NCBI GenBank assembly: GCA_039621445.1
Contig: CP154954.1
Span: 44,929,847 to 44,993,846, forward strand
DNA: 64,000 nucleotides
DNA from: Euglena gracilis
Taxonomy: Eukaryota
Direction of reading: 5' to 3'
Both the position numbers and the translations under genes were made by a program. The notes under the pieces were generated by a model. It ran no database searches. It saw only the letters and a list, made by a program, of their open reading frames with translations, and was not told where the DNA came from. Positions 52,332 through 64,000 of this stretch are shown here, piece after piece. Each line of letters begins with the position of its first letter. Positions within the stretch are counted from its first letter, which is position 1.

Positions 52332-52900
52332 GCACAGAAGCCTCTTGCCCACACCAAAAACAAACTCGCGTGCGCACACACATGCACAGGCAAACTCTGT
52401 CAGGTAAAACCCCCCAAGTATAATATCCCCCGGTTTCATATTTGGGCGGAAATTTCAAGACCCCCATGGGGGGTTTAATCACCTCCTCTCCTTCTTGGAT
52501 GTCGGTGATTCAGTGGCCTCGGCACTCAAAACGACCGAAATCGAGTCATCAAGCGAGTCTCCGGAGAGGTATTCTTCCATTGGAAGCAACACAAAAGGGC
52601 TACGAGGCACAAAATGGAAAAGGACAGAAAGTCGCCAGAAGCTTGGGTTTTGGGTTCCCCCCCCATATATAACCCCCCCCCCCCCGGATCCAAAGCTGGT
52701 GTTTTATATTTGGGGGGGTGCATTTGGGGGGTTTTGCATTTTTTTCCCCCGGATTGACGGATGTTTCCTGCGTAATTTCAAAAGGCCAACAGTTTTCCCT
52801 CTGGAAGGTCAGCCCACAGGTGGGGGGACAACCCCCCCCCCCCTGTTGGGGGTGTCGGAGGAGTTGAGCCAGCCCAGCCGACCCAGGGGCTCCTGCCGCG

Positions 52901-52935
52901 GTGGCATCTTCAACGAGGAGAGCGATGCCCCCCCC
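52901..52935 (+). CDS. Gene B exon 10 (35 nt)
   Basis: GGIFNEESDAPP. Confidence 0.85.
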
Positions 52936-53705
52936 ACCCAGGGCCCACCGATGGGCACCGCCCCCAGAGCCCTTGGGATGGAGCTGCGTGCTCCGCTGCG
53001 ATGGCGGAGGTATGCCTTTGGAATGGACCCCGCCCCCACCTCATCCCACCCCCCGGGGGGTCCTGCGCTCTGGACCCCCTTCTTGTGCTGAAGTTGTGCC
53101 TGTGCCTCACTAACAACTTATTCCCCAAAACGTTGAGAAAAGCAATCTAACTGTGAAACGGACATTGTTTTGAGGGCGTTGGGTAGTCTCCTTAGTTGCA
53201 GCCAGCACGGAGTCTTTTTGGACGCCCCCGCTTGAACCCCCTCAACACACCCGGGAATTTCTCGCCGAGTGGATTTGCTCCTCCTGCATTCCTGACAGAC
53301 CCCCTCTCCTCGCTTAACTCGCCAGGACGCATTTGCTGAGGGCTGCCATGTGCATTTGCCTTCACTTTGCTGCATCCGCACCTCCACGTCCAATTTTCGG
53401 ATGCCTGGCCTTGATTAGGTCACCAAATGGTGGCCCTCACAACAAAAACTATTAAGAGGTGGACCAAGGTTGTGTCCACTTTTTTTTGAGTAACAGAAAA
53501 CATGTGCATGGATGGGGCTGGGGCTTCTGTGGATTACATTACAGGGGTGATGTTCAGACAAAACGGTCATCCTCCTTTTGACTTGTGTTTGTTGTGCCCC
53601 CAGGGGAAATTTCACGTGACGGGGGAGGTGGCCCGGCGCTGAGACAGGTCAACAGAGAATCAAAGATGATTTTCTGTCCCCTTCCCCGCCGCCCGCCCTG
53701 GCTGC

Positions 53706-53856
53706 AACCATGCGGTGCTCCTGATGGGGTGGGGGCCGGGGTACTGGCTGCTGCGCAACTCCTGGGGCCCCGGCTGGGGGGAGGCGGGCTACATGCGCAT
53801 CCGCCACGGGTGCCACGGCGTCGGCCGCTACGCCAACTACGTCGTCCACCCGTACC
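53706..53856 (+). CDS. Gene B exon 11 (His and Asn motifs)
   Basis: [50 protein letters not shown]; followed by GT-AG intron 53857-54059. Confidence 0.93.
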
Positions 53857-54059
53857 GTATGCGCTCTCTGCCCCACCACAGAGAAACCTCATTTGGTTTT
53901 CATCACGAGTACGGGGCATTTGTTTTGTGGCAGGCATTTGGACGCCACCGTGTTTCCGAGAGGAATGACACTAGCACGACGAAGCCAGGGACCCATCCCA
54001 TACCGCGCGGCGGGAGGCCATTTGGTGGCACAGCCAGAACCTGCCGCTGTCTTCCACAG

Positions 54060-54094
54060 GGGACGCCAGCTCCCTCCACTGCCAGGCTCGCTCC
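54060..54094 (+). CDS. Gene B exon 12
   Basis: [12 protein letters not shown]; the next intron has a perfect 10-bp stem CAGGGCCACC / GGTGGCCCTG. Confidence 0.7.
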
Positions 54095-54193
54095 GTGCAG
54101 GGCCACCTCCGCTGGCCCTCAGGCCAACTGTCCGCACTCATTGGCGTGGGGCTGATTGCAAGGGAATCTATGGTCTTCCTCCTTTCCTGTTGG

Positions 54194-54232
<39 letters not shown>

Positions 54233-54243
54233 CGCGCGCGCGC

Positions 54244-54294
<51 letters not shown>

Positions 54295-54864
54295 TACAGG
54301 TAACTCCCGAAATCAAGTCCTGACCAGGGCTTCACCACATGCACACATAGATATAGATATAGATATAGACATAGATAATAATTATGTCTAATAACACACA
54401 TACATGGTGCATGCACGCACAAATACATACACACATGTGCACCACCGTAGCCTTCACCAGCTTCTTTCACTTCTTTCAGCTAGCTGGCCCTGGCCCTAGC
54501 AGACCCCCCCCCCCGGCAGTCACTGGCCAAATTTGGACTAGCTGCAGTCCAGCCCTCGGGGGGGGGGGGGGAGGTGGCTTAAAGCAACAGCCTGCTGTGA
54601 ATGTGTGAGATGTGCCACCAGTCCGGAGGGGTGGAGATAAAACTGCCCTGGCATCCTGGCAGGGACGCAGACGCATACCGCTCACCCATTCACCCACCTT
54701 GGCACACAGCGCCCTTGTTTTCCAGTCGGGGGGGGCTCCCAGACCCCTCCCCAGTGGGTCTAGCTGGTGCTTTTTTTTTCCCCCAATGGCCAGGTCCAGC
54801 AAAACGACCATCCTGATCCATCCACAGATAGGGTTCCGTGCGGCTGGCCGGTGGCCCTGAGCCT

Positions 54865-54948
54865 GGGACGACGACCGACGGCTCCACGGACGGCCCGGCG
54901 GGGGACGCGAAGGAGCCCATGCCGCTGTGGGGCCGGGTGGACGCCGCT
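54865..54948 (+). CDS. Gene B exon 13 (low-complexity extension)
   Basis: GTTTDGSTDGPAGDAKEPMPLWGRVDAA, in frame; next stem CAGGCCGTC / GGCGGCCTG. Confidence 0.7.
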
Positions 54949-55658
54949 GGCCAGGCCGTCCGCGGCGGCGACGGGAGGTGGGATTGGCGGGACGGGGGAA
55001 CGGGTGAGGGCGTGGGTCGCTGTGTTCTGACGTGAGACGGTTTGCCGGGGCCGCTCAATACTTGGACAGGAAACAAACGGACGTCCCCAAGGTGGAGGAT
55101 TTTGTACTGGGGGGGTTGCTGGAACAGGTCAGTGTTAAAACAGGGCTGAGGGGCAGAGCCTTTGCTGACCCCGAAGTCTTGAAGCACGTCATCCCCCCCT
55201 GGTTGGTTGCCAAAGCGCTTGCAACAAAGTTTAAAGTTTGTTGCGTGAAATGAACACAGAAAGCCTTCATTCGCAAGGGCAATGAATGGGCGACAATGAA
55301 CACGTTGGAAAGTGAATGAAATTTTGGAAAATGTAATTAAATTCTGGGCAAATATGAACGGTGCGTGAAACCGGTTTCTGTCCAGTCCCAACTGAAGAGG
55401 CCAAGGCCGAAGCTGGGCTTTGCAGAAGAAGCAACCTCATCTTTGCTGAACAAGAGACACACGTCCCGGGAGTAAGACACACACACACAGAAAATGAATT
55501 CCAAAGACAGCCATGAAATGAGGCCTGTGTCACGGATTTGGCCTTCAGCAAATGCAGCACAGCCGGGACAGGCTGCCCCATGTGAACCGCTCCGGCCGTA
55601 TATTTTGGCTCGAGTGGACCATGTCCGCCCGCTCAGAAGCCCCCGGCGGCCTGCCCGG

Positions 55659-55772
55659 GGCCAAACCAGCGCCGGCGCCCCCGCCCCGGAGGACCTGGCG
55701 GGGTCCGTCATTGACCTCGTGGAGCGGAAGAGCGCCAGGCTGGACCCCGCCCCGCCCGCCGCTGAGCCGTTG
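55659..55772 (+). CDS. Gene B exon 14 (3' end approximate; further Pro/Ala/Thr-rich exons likely at ~55982-56073, ~56207-56365, ~57330-57530)
   Basis: GQTSAGAPAPEDLAGSVIDLVERKSARLDPAPPAAEPL, in frame. Confidence 0.6.
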
Positions 55773-58198
55773 AGGCAGTGGACGTCGCGGGACACACAGT
55801 TGTCTCCCTCACCCCAAATCAACCCGTGCCCCACCCCCTTTGCCCATGTCTGTGCTCAACCCCGCCCAGTGCCGGAAACCACCTCCCCCTGGAGGCAGCT
55901 CCGGGACAACGCCGAACGTGGCCACCCGGGCCACCGGCGAGCCGAGGGCGGGGGCCCCCTCCCAGACCTCGGCTGCTGGCGGACGGCGGTGTGGTGCCCC
56001 ACGGCCCCGCCTTGCTGGAGGCTGCCATGCTGACGGAGGACGGGGGCTCCGGGGCTGCCCAGGGGTTCGCCGGCCCCAGGGCGTTTTCGTTGCCTTTGTC
56101 CTTCCCCGTGTTTTCGGGCCCGGTCCTGTCCGCTGCGCACGTCGTGCCCCGCATCCCATACGCTGGGCCCCGGGTTGGGGGTCTCACCGGCCCGGCCCTG
56201 CCCCGCCCCCGACCCCACCGCCGCCCCCACCTCGGACCCCGGCACCGCCGCCGCCGCCGCCGACCCCAACCCCACCGCCCACCCCGCGGACGCCGTCCCC
56301 GAGCCCGGCGGCTCCGCGGCAGAAGGCGCCGACCTCGGCGCCGTCCTCCCCACCCTGGGGCCTGCCTCGGGGGGGGGGGGGGGCTGTTGTCCTTCCGACC
56401 CCTTCCCGAGTTGGCGGGGCGGGGGCTCACCGGCCGGACACAAACAAACGGGACTCATTGAACAGGAGGCGACCCCTCAGCGCACGGCCCGCGGTCGGCC
56501 ACCCGCCGTTGGTTTGGTTGGCCCGCGGCGGGAGGGTTGGGGTGGATGGGGGGACTGCGGGCGGCAGGCCCACAGGCTGCCTGACCTCCCTCACCGGCGG
56601 GCTGGCCCTGCCTTCCTCTCTGGCGGACGGCGGCCGGGTGTGCCCCCACCCTGTGGCTGGGGGGGGAGCGATGCGTTCCGCATTTATTCAAAATTTCAAA
56701 AAAGTTTGCATGCTTGCACATTTTTTCAGCACATTTTTTTTTTGCTCTTTGGCGCATTTTTTTCTCCATAATTTGCCCAAATTTCTCGCATTTTTCACCA
56801 TTTTATGCAAATTACTGCATTTTTTGAAATTTTGGGAATTTCATAATTTTTTAAAATTTTCTCAAACTGATATTTCCTTTACAATGCAATTTTTGTTATT
56901 TTTGGTGCTATTTTTGCATGTTTTTTTGGGGGCAATTTTTGCAGTTTCGTGATTTTTGTGCTTTCCCTTTTTTTCTTTTTGTGATTTAGCGCATTCCACT
57001 CCTCTGCCCGCTCATGGGAGGACCGTGCCCGTTCTGCAGCTGGGGCCGGGGACAAGGATGGCCATTGTATCGGTGCGCTTGACTGGGTTGTAGCTTTTAT
57101 TTATGTTATGGAGCTGGTGCGCTTTCCCCACAAATTTGTTCGTTTTCTGACGTGGGGGAGGGGGGTTGGGTGGGTGGGTCCGCCCCCCGGAAGGGAGGGG
57201 GTGTTCCTGCATTTTCAGTGCGAAGAGCTGAAAGCAATTTGGCCGATTGGAATTGACACTCCCGAAGTGGGTCCAAAGGCGGGCGGGCGGGTGGGTGGGT
57301 GGGTGGGGTGAACATCCCGAGCGTGCTTTATTTTGCTCATGGCACCGCCCATCACTTCAACTTGCCCCCCACCGCGTCCGCCCACGTGACGGTGGCGCTC
57401 TCCCCATCCAGAAAACCTCTGGGTCTCTCTCGCCATCCCCTCCTCTCCTCCGCGTCGCAGGGCCGAACGCGGTGGCGGCCTCCCTCGCCGGCCGCGAGGC
57501 GTTCCTGTTCCGCTGGGCGCTGGGCTCGCCCGGGGCAGTGCCCCTCTCAACCCCCCACCCCCCCCCCCATTGCCTGGACGTTCTCCGCTGGCCGCCGCCC
57601 CGCCGGGCCGTATTTTGGTCGGGTGCCGACCCCCCCCCTTCCCCCGGGAGGGGGGCCTGCCTGGGCAGGCACCCCAAGGCACTCCGGACCCCCCTGCCCC
57701 CCCCGGGGTTGGTAACAAAACCGCCGGGGTGGGGGTGGCTGGGATCCGGGGGCGGGGGCGGAGAGGGGGATGGCTGGGCTGCCAGGGTAGTGTCGGGTGC
57801 AGCGGCCACGCAGCCGTCGGCTGGTGCCCTCGTTCACCGATGGGGGGGGTTATTGGAGGGTCGCGAGCGCATTCGGTGAATGCGTTGGCCGCCCCCTCCC
57901 CGGCAACCGTCCCCGCACCCCGCCTCATTCTGATCCAGCCCCCCCCCCCCAACTGGGGTGCTGCAATTATCCTCCAGGAGGTTGTGTATGGTACGTTGCC
58001 ATACCATACCCAGCTGGTATGGCACCGCTGTGCCACACCAGCTGGGTATGGCATGGCACAGCGGCGTGAATGATTGCCACCGGAAAGGTGGGGTGTGATT
58101 GCAGGACGGGGTTCCCCATTGATGGGTTGCATTTTGTAAATGGGGGGTTTATGGACCTTCATTTTGCCGAGCCCCCCCCCCCGTCTTTACTTGCAACG

Positions 58199-58328
58199 GA
58201 GTGTGCCCCGGGGCTTCGGGGCTGCCCCGGCCCGGACGGCACTGGCGGGGGTGGCCTTCGCCTTCCTGCTCCACGCCGTGGGGCTGCCCCAGGCCCCCCA
58301 CCCCGACCCGGCGCTGTACGTCCTGTGA
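58199..58328 (+). CDS. Putative last exon of gene B with hydrophobic C-terminal segment and TGA
   Basis: GFGAAPARTALAGVAFAFLLHAVGLPQAPHPDPALYVL*; GC3-rich; link to gene B is inferred. Confidence 0.45.
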
Positions 58329-61300
58329 CCCGCCGCACTGTCCCCCCCCCCCCGCCAAGGGAATGGCTGGAGGTCCCCCAAACCCTGCCACAATGACAAG
58401 CCCCGCCCCCCCCTTTCACCTACCAGCCCCGTCACTCTCCCCTCCCCCCACACCGAACACCCTTTGCTCGAGACGGGTTTCCACAATTCCTCAGGCTGGC
58501 TGATTTGTCTTCTCATGGTTTTGCACTGTGCTTTTATTGGGGACGGACCAATTATGCCTCAAAAGAGGATTTTTTTTGCTCAAATATCCAAATTATTGTT
58601 TTTTTTTGTCATTTTCACATCAAATTTGCCAGTATTTTCGAGTGTTTTTGGACCTGAGAAGCGGGGGCATTTTGGGGGTTTCTTTGGCTTTTTTGAAGGG
58701 GGGGGCATTTATCAAAGCCTTTGTTTTGGCTGCTGGGGGTATGCATTGGTCAGGGTATTTCACACAATTAGGACGCTGCATTTTGGGGGGGGGTCACTGG
58801 CACAAGCTAAGCAAGCAACCAAAATGGCCTGGGAAGGTGATAACCTCATGGGGTGGCAATTTCCTGCGGAGGGTGGCAATTACCGGCGGAGGTGTGAAAT
58901 CGAACTAGGAACATCTGAAATCGGCTTTGTTGCAGGTGGATAACTGGGGTTCGTTGTAGGGGACATGTCTCTGCACACGTTGCAAACGCAGCCACAATCA
59001 GCAACATGCGTGTTCGAAAAGCGTAGGTCCGTGAAGGAGATGTGATGCGATTTCCCCCTTATCATTGCCAAATCTCCACATCGCCGTCAACCAAACGTCG
59101 CGCCTGCAATTTATGCCTACTACATTCGAGTGTTCATGCCTCTTCCCCAGAAGGTGTCATTTCGATGACGATTCTTTGTGAATGAGTACCAATTCTCCTT
59201 CGCGGTCAGCATGGAGGCCGGCCATCCCCTGACTTCCCCCTTGCACTGTGACGACTGGCGTTGCCTGGCGCACTGCACTGCCTTGAATTGGGGCCCTTTT
59301 CCCTCGCCCCACTGTGGATTGCACCGTACCAGCCTGCTCGTCGGGCTTGTTGTTTGGTGTCAAATGGTGTATGGGGATCAAATTCACCTCACAGGATGCA
59401 GTTTTCTCCCTCGCCCTCTCCCATCTTATTTCAACAAAGAGAATCATTTGATTTGTCTAGAAAGATTCTCGGGGGCTGTGTATATGTATGTATGTATGTG
59501 TGTATGTGTGTAAATGTATGTATGTATGTGTGTATGTATGTATGTATGTATGTATGTCGGGAGGGTGGAGTGAGTGGGTGTCCGGTGCTGGACCCCCCCT
59601 GGGTTGGTTTCCGTGGCGGTCCCGGGCCAGAGGCCCGGTTATGGGTTTCAGTGTGAAGCATTGAATTTTTTTTGAAAATACCCTCAGACGGCTCGATTTT
59701 CGTGGTCCGTGCCCCCCAAGGGTCTCTCACTGGCTTTGTTGGGGAGGGAACCTTTTTAAAAAGAAGCCTGAATGGAATGGAATGGATGAATGGATGGATA
59801 TGCGTGTGTTTTTCATACAAGTATGTATGCACACATACATGTGAATATATGCATATATGCCATAAGTCTCCTTGAGTTGCTCCCCTCCGGTGAGGGGGGG
59901 TAGCTGCAGGAGACCCATGACATGGGGAGACACACGGTGAATGATGGTCTTCCCTTCATATGCATGTATGCGTGCATGTGTGTGGAGATATAAATGTTGT
60001 TCCTGTCTTCTTTTTTTTGTCATGACCCCCTCCTCCATCTCTCCAATGTCATTTGTGCTCAGCCCTGGTTGGGACCCATACGCCATTGTGGTGTCCCTCC
60101 CGTCCACGTCTTGTTGTCACCCGGGTTGCACTGCCCTTGGCTTGTGCACGCTGCCCCTTGGGCAGCTCCCCCCCCCCTGTCAGCTCTCAGTTGACGGATT
60201 AGCCGCCGACCTCCCCGCCTGCCGGGGGGACGGTGTGTTCTCCCTCAGCCCCTCTGTTTCCTTTCCCTTTCCCTTGGGGGTGAGGAGGCACAAGGGCCAC
60301 ACCCTTCAGATTTGTCTCTGGCCCCTCGGGATTGTCTCACGCCTTTGTACTTGTTGATTTGTCCCGACACAGGTGCTCGGATGGGGTGCATCGCACCGTG
60401 TTTTTTGTATTTGCCTGTTTTCTGGGGGGGTTGTCAATTTTTTTCCTGTAATTTTGGAATGTAATTTTGTATTTTTACTCAGGTTTTTTTCCAGGAAAAT
60501 GTTTCCAGATCAATTCAAGTGCCGCCGGGGCACTGTTACCAACCTGGCCCCATCGGGAGTCGCCCTGCCCCAGTGTCCTCACCAACTTGGCCAAAGCCCA
60601 CTTCGCACAATGGCGCCCGGCCGCGGTGTTGCCCGCCCTGCGGTGTGTGCCACGCTGTGGTTGCCCCCCCCTCCGGGCCACGCCTTGGCCTCGGGTGGCT
60701 GTCCACCACCAAATGGTATGCTCGGAACTCCGCCCAAGGGGGACGGCCAGAAGTGACCGATTCCATTCCCCTCACGGCAAACGTTTCCCCGGGTTCAGTG
60801 CCCAGGGTGTTCACATCACAGGCCACCTCGCGGTGAAATCGTTTCGCGAAGCCCAACCCCTTCCGGCCAGTCCCTCCCCACCCCTTCAGGCGGCCGAAGC
60901 GGCGGGAAACGCGCTGAGCAGAACTCTACAGCATGGGCAGGGTTTGATATAAGGAGGGCGTACATGGTTTAGTTGGGGGGGGGTCCCCCCCACCCCCCCC
61001 TCCTGGTCCGCAGGGGGGGGGTCCGGACCACCCCCCCCCCCACCTGTCCTTATATCGAACCCTGAGCATGGGCCGAGGGGTTTGGCGGTGGCATTTGGGG
61101 TCCGCCCCACACGGTGGGAGAGGACTTTCCACCAACCAGACATTCACATCTTGCAAACCAGTACCCCACTTCCAACCCCCCCCTCCCCTGGGCCCAGTCT
61201 TTGGTCACCCGGGTTTAAATGAACAGATTTTTGGTTGTTGTTTTTTTGAGAGTATTCCGGCTCCAAGGGGTCTGTGGCTACAAACCAGTCAATTATTCAA

Positions 61301-63076
61301 AATCATACCAGTCAGTCACCCCTCAAGTTACCAATACTCAGCAATGGCATAGCCCTTCCCCAAGCCTCAACGTCCATTCCTCTATTCCTTTTTTGGACAA
61401 GCCCAAACCAAATCAGATACCTTTTGGACGGGGTCCAACTCTGAGGCTGGAAAATTTGGGCTGGCTGGAAATAGGCTGGTGGCTGACCCCCCCCCCTTTC
61501 ATAAGCTCCCCCAATGGAATTTGGTTTGACCCTGGGTCAAACGAGATGCAAAAAAAAGTGAAGCCCAGAAAGCTGCAATTTATGCCAAAAAACTGATTTC
61601 CCTAAATTCGGTGCCGTGTGATCAAACTGGTGAGCCTGTGCATGTGTGCATTGGTCCAGCACACCCACACATACACAACACAACACAGCCGGTTTCTCTC
61701 CGCAGGCTTTTCCCCGCAGTTCCAATGACTGGTGCGTGGGGCATGGTGGTATGGTTCATCTGTCACGCTGCCTGGTCCTCCATGGCAGAGGGTGTGTTAC
61801 TGCCCACCCCCAATTTTCGCAGCCTCCCCCCCCCCTGCAAACCCACCAACCTCACCACCAAGCGGCGCGCTGGCCAAGTCCTTGGAGGCCGGTAGTCCCC
61901 GTAAGGGAGGGGGCCACTGACCTGTTGCAGACGCCAGAGAGGAGGCATGGGGCTGGAGGATAGCAACGGGATCCTCCTCCTCCTCCCAAACACCCACCAT
62001 AGGCCACGTCATTCGGATCGGGGGGGGGGGCCAACCCACACCACCCCCTTGGGGGGAACGCTTTCCTCAAAAACCCAGTCACTCACTTCCGATCTTGGGT
62101 CGTTGCCTCAGATCAGGGGTTATCCCGTTTGGCTTTTTTCCCCCAAAAAATGGCTGGCGTCGGTGGGTTTGCTTTTGGCCGTCCACAGATGACCCCCGGG
62201 GACTGGTATACACTTTAAAAAGATCAGACAGCCCTGAACCAAACGACTTGGGGAAGGGAAGGCAAACATTGTTATGCATTTCCCAATCTGGCTGTCATGG
62301 GCGCCGGGGGGGGGGGGGGCTGCGAGCACCGATTACGTCGAACACGAGTTCAAATATGTCTTTAAGTACAGTCTGGACAAAAATGACACACTGAAAAATA
62401 AAGGCAAAAATGATGGGAAAAACTGATGGGAAAAAATGACTGGAAAATTTCGGTTTTGGAATTTTTTTTTTTTTTTTGTTTTTTTTTTTTTTTTTTTTTA
62501 AAGTACAGTATGCGACCAAAAAGACACACTGAAAAATAAGGCAAAAATGAGGAAAAAATGATGGCGAAAAAAATGACTGGAAATATTTCCGGTTTTGGAA
62601 ATTTTTCTGACTTTTAAGCAGAATAGTAGTAATAATGTTCCCACTTGTGAGGAAGGATTATATTCAGCAAAAAAATGACAATACAAAATTTCAAATGGTC
62701 TTCTTTCTTTTTTTTTTTTTTTTTTTTTTACAAAAGTCATACTCCATCTTTTTGAATGTGAAACTTGACTACGCCTGAACACGGTTCCCACAAAAGGGCG
62801 TAGACAAGGTATGGGGAGAAAAAAAATGACTTTTTTTTTTTTTTTTTTTTTTTTTTTCCCGTCGTTTTTTGTCTGGACTGAATATTTATTAAGCATCTGA
62901 GTTCATTGCCCAACGGCATCTCACGCCACCATGCAGGGAACAACATGGGGGTGGATGACAACTCGGACGTGTTGGGTCAGGCAGCCCTCAATGCTGCTGC
63001 CCTCCTCGTAACCCAAACCGCCTCTACCACAGACAAGTTATTGTTGGTGTAGTTGTTGTTGTTGTTGTTGTTGTTG

Positions 63077-63342
63077 CAGGCTTGTGCTCAGTCGGGTGCC
63101 TACACCACGGGGGGGTGATAGGGGCAGGCACCTTATAGCACCCCATCCGACCCTCCGGGGTGTGGTAGGGTTTTTGTGGGTGCCTGCCCATAGCAGCCCT
63201 CCGACCCCAGTGCCAAAGGCACCGGGGGCCCGGAAAAGGCCATTTTCAATGAAAATTTCTGGGTCCCCCCGGACCCCCCCGGGGGGTGTGCCTGCTAGGG
63301 GCAGGCACCCTAGAGCACCCCCCCCCCCGGTTCACAAACATG
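63077..63342. mobile_element. MITE of the 28031-28329 family inserted in a (GTT)n microsatellite
   Basis: Ends CAGGCTTGTG / CACAAACATG; TGTTGTTG on both flanks. Confidence 0.8.
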
Positions 63343-63357
63343 TGTTGTTGTTGTTGT

Positions 63358-63396
<39 letters not shown>

Positions 63397-64000
63397 CTGA
63401 TCTTTGCCTGGGGCAGGGAGGGGGGCCCAACAGACTAGACGTCGCCGTTGTGTGAATCAATTTTGCTTCATTTTGGTTCCTCTTTTTTTTAAGAAAAAAA
63501 GAATGGCCGTTAAAATGAGCTAGAAAATTGATATCATGTGTGAAAAATGGTGCACCAGAAATGGCTAAAATTATTCTGAAAGAGGTGATATCTAACAAGG
63601 CCAAATGGCCGCCAAGGATTGTTGGCTATCATTTTTAAAAGTCAAAAAAAAAAAGCGGAAAGACTGAAAAATTATCTAAACGGACATGACACCCCTTTGT
63701 CCCCCATTTTATGCCGATCATTTCTGATTTTGGTTCCCCCCCTAGGACCCCCCCAAAAGAGTGTTAGCTGGTGGGTGGTAAACGGTTTGCGCCCCCTGGC
63801 CCCCCTGGCTTTGGCGTTTCTGAGTTTCTTATTTCAACATTGCAACAGGCCAAAGGCCGCCTATAAGGTTGGCTCATAATTGTCAAAAGTCAAGAAAACG
63901 CCAAAGTGGCCAGCAATGGGCAAGGTGACAAAATTAGCTAAACGGACATAAACACCCAAAAATTGGCCATATACCCCCATTTATGGCCGAATTTCTGATT

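Noticed and set aside
58930-61000. Additional gene downstream of gene B
   Set aside because: Some complex sequence, but no recognisable protein motif or consistent exon chain

Overview
Repeat-dense eukaryotic nuclear DNA, most likely from a euglenid (Euglena-like; inferred from intron type). The main content is two tandem + strand papain-family (C1A) cysteine peptidase genes: gene A at ~25.3-43.6 kb and gene B at 46.1-58.3 kb. Both are cut into small exons mostly by non-GT-AG introns whose ends base-pair, with C(A/G/T)G at +4..+6 and its partner triplet at -8..-6. Applying that rule by hand rebuilds in-frame, mutually alignable proteins. Gene A has an intact Gln/Cys/His/Asn active site; gene B has Ser in place of the catalytic Cys. 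Introns and intergenic DNA are full of CAG...CTG-ended MITEs, many with 8-bp target-site duplications (TSDs). That length matches the 3+5 nt these introns remove outside their stem, suggesting a transposon-to-intron system. The first 22 kb holds decayed hAT and pogo-like transposases, a CRE-like LINE fragment captured in a two-MITE composite, and nested repeats. All alignments and pairings were done by eye, and several junctions remain unresolved.
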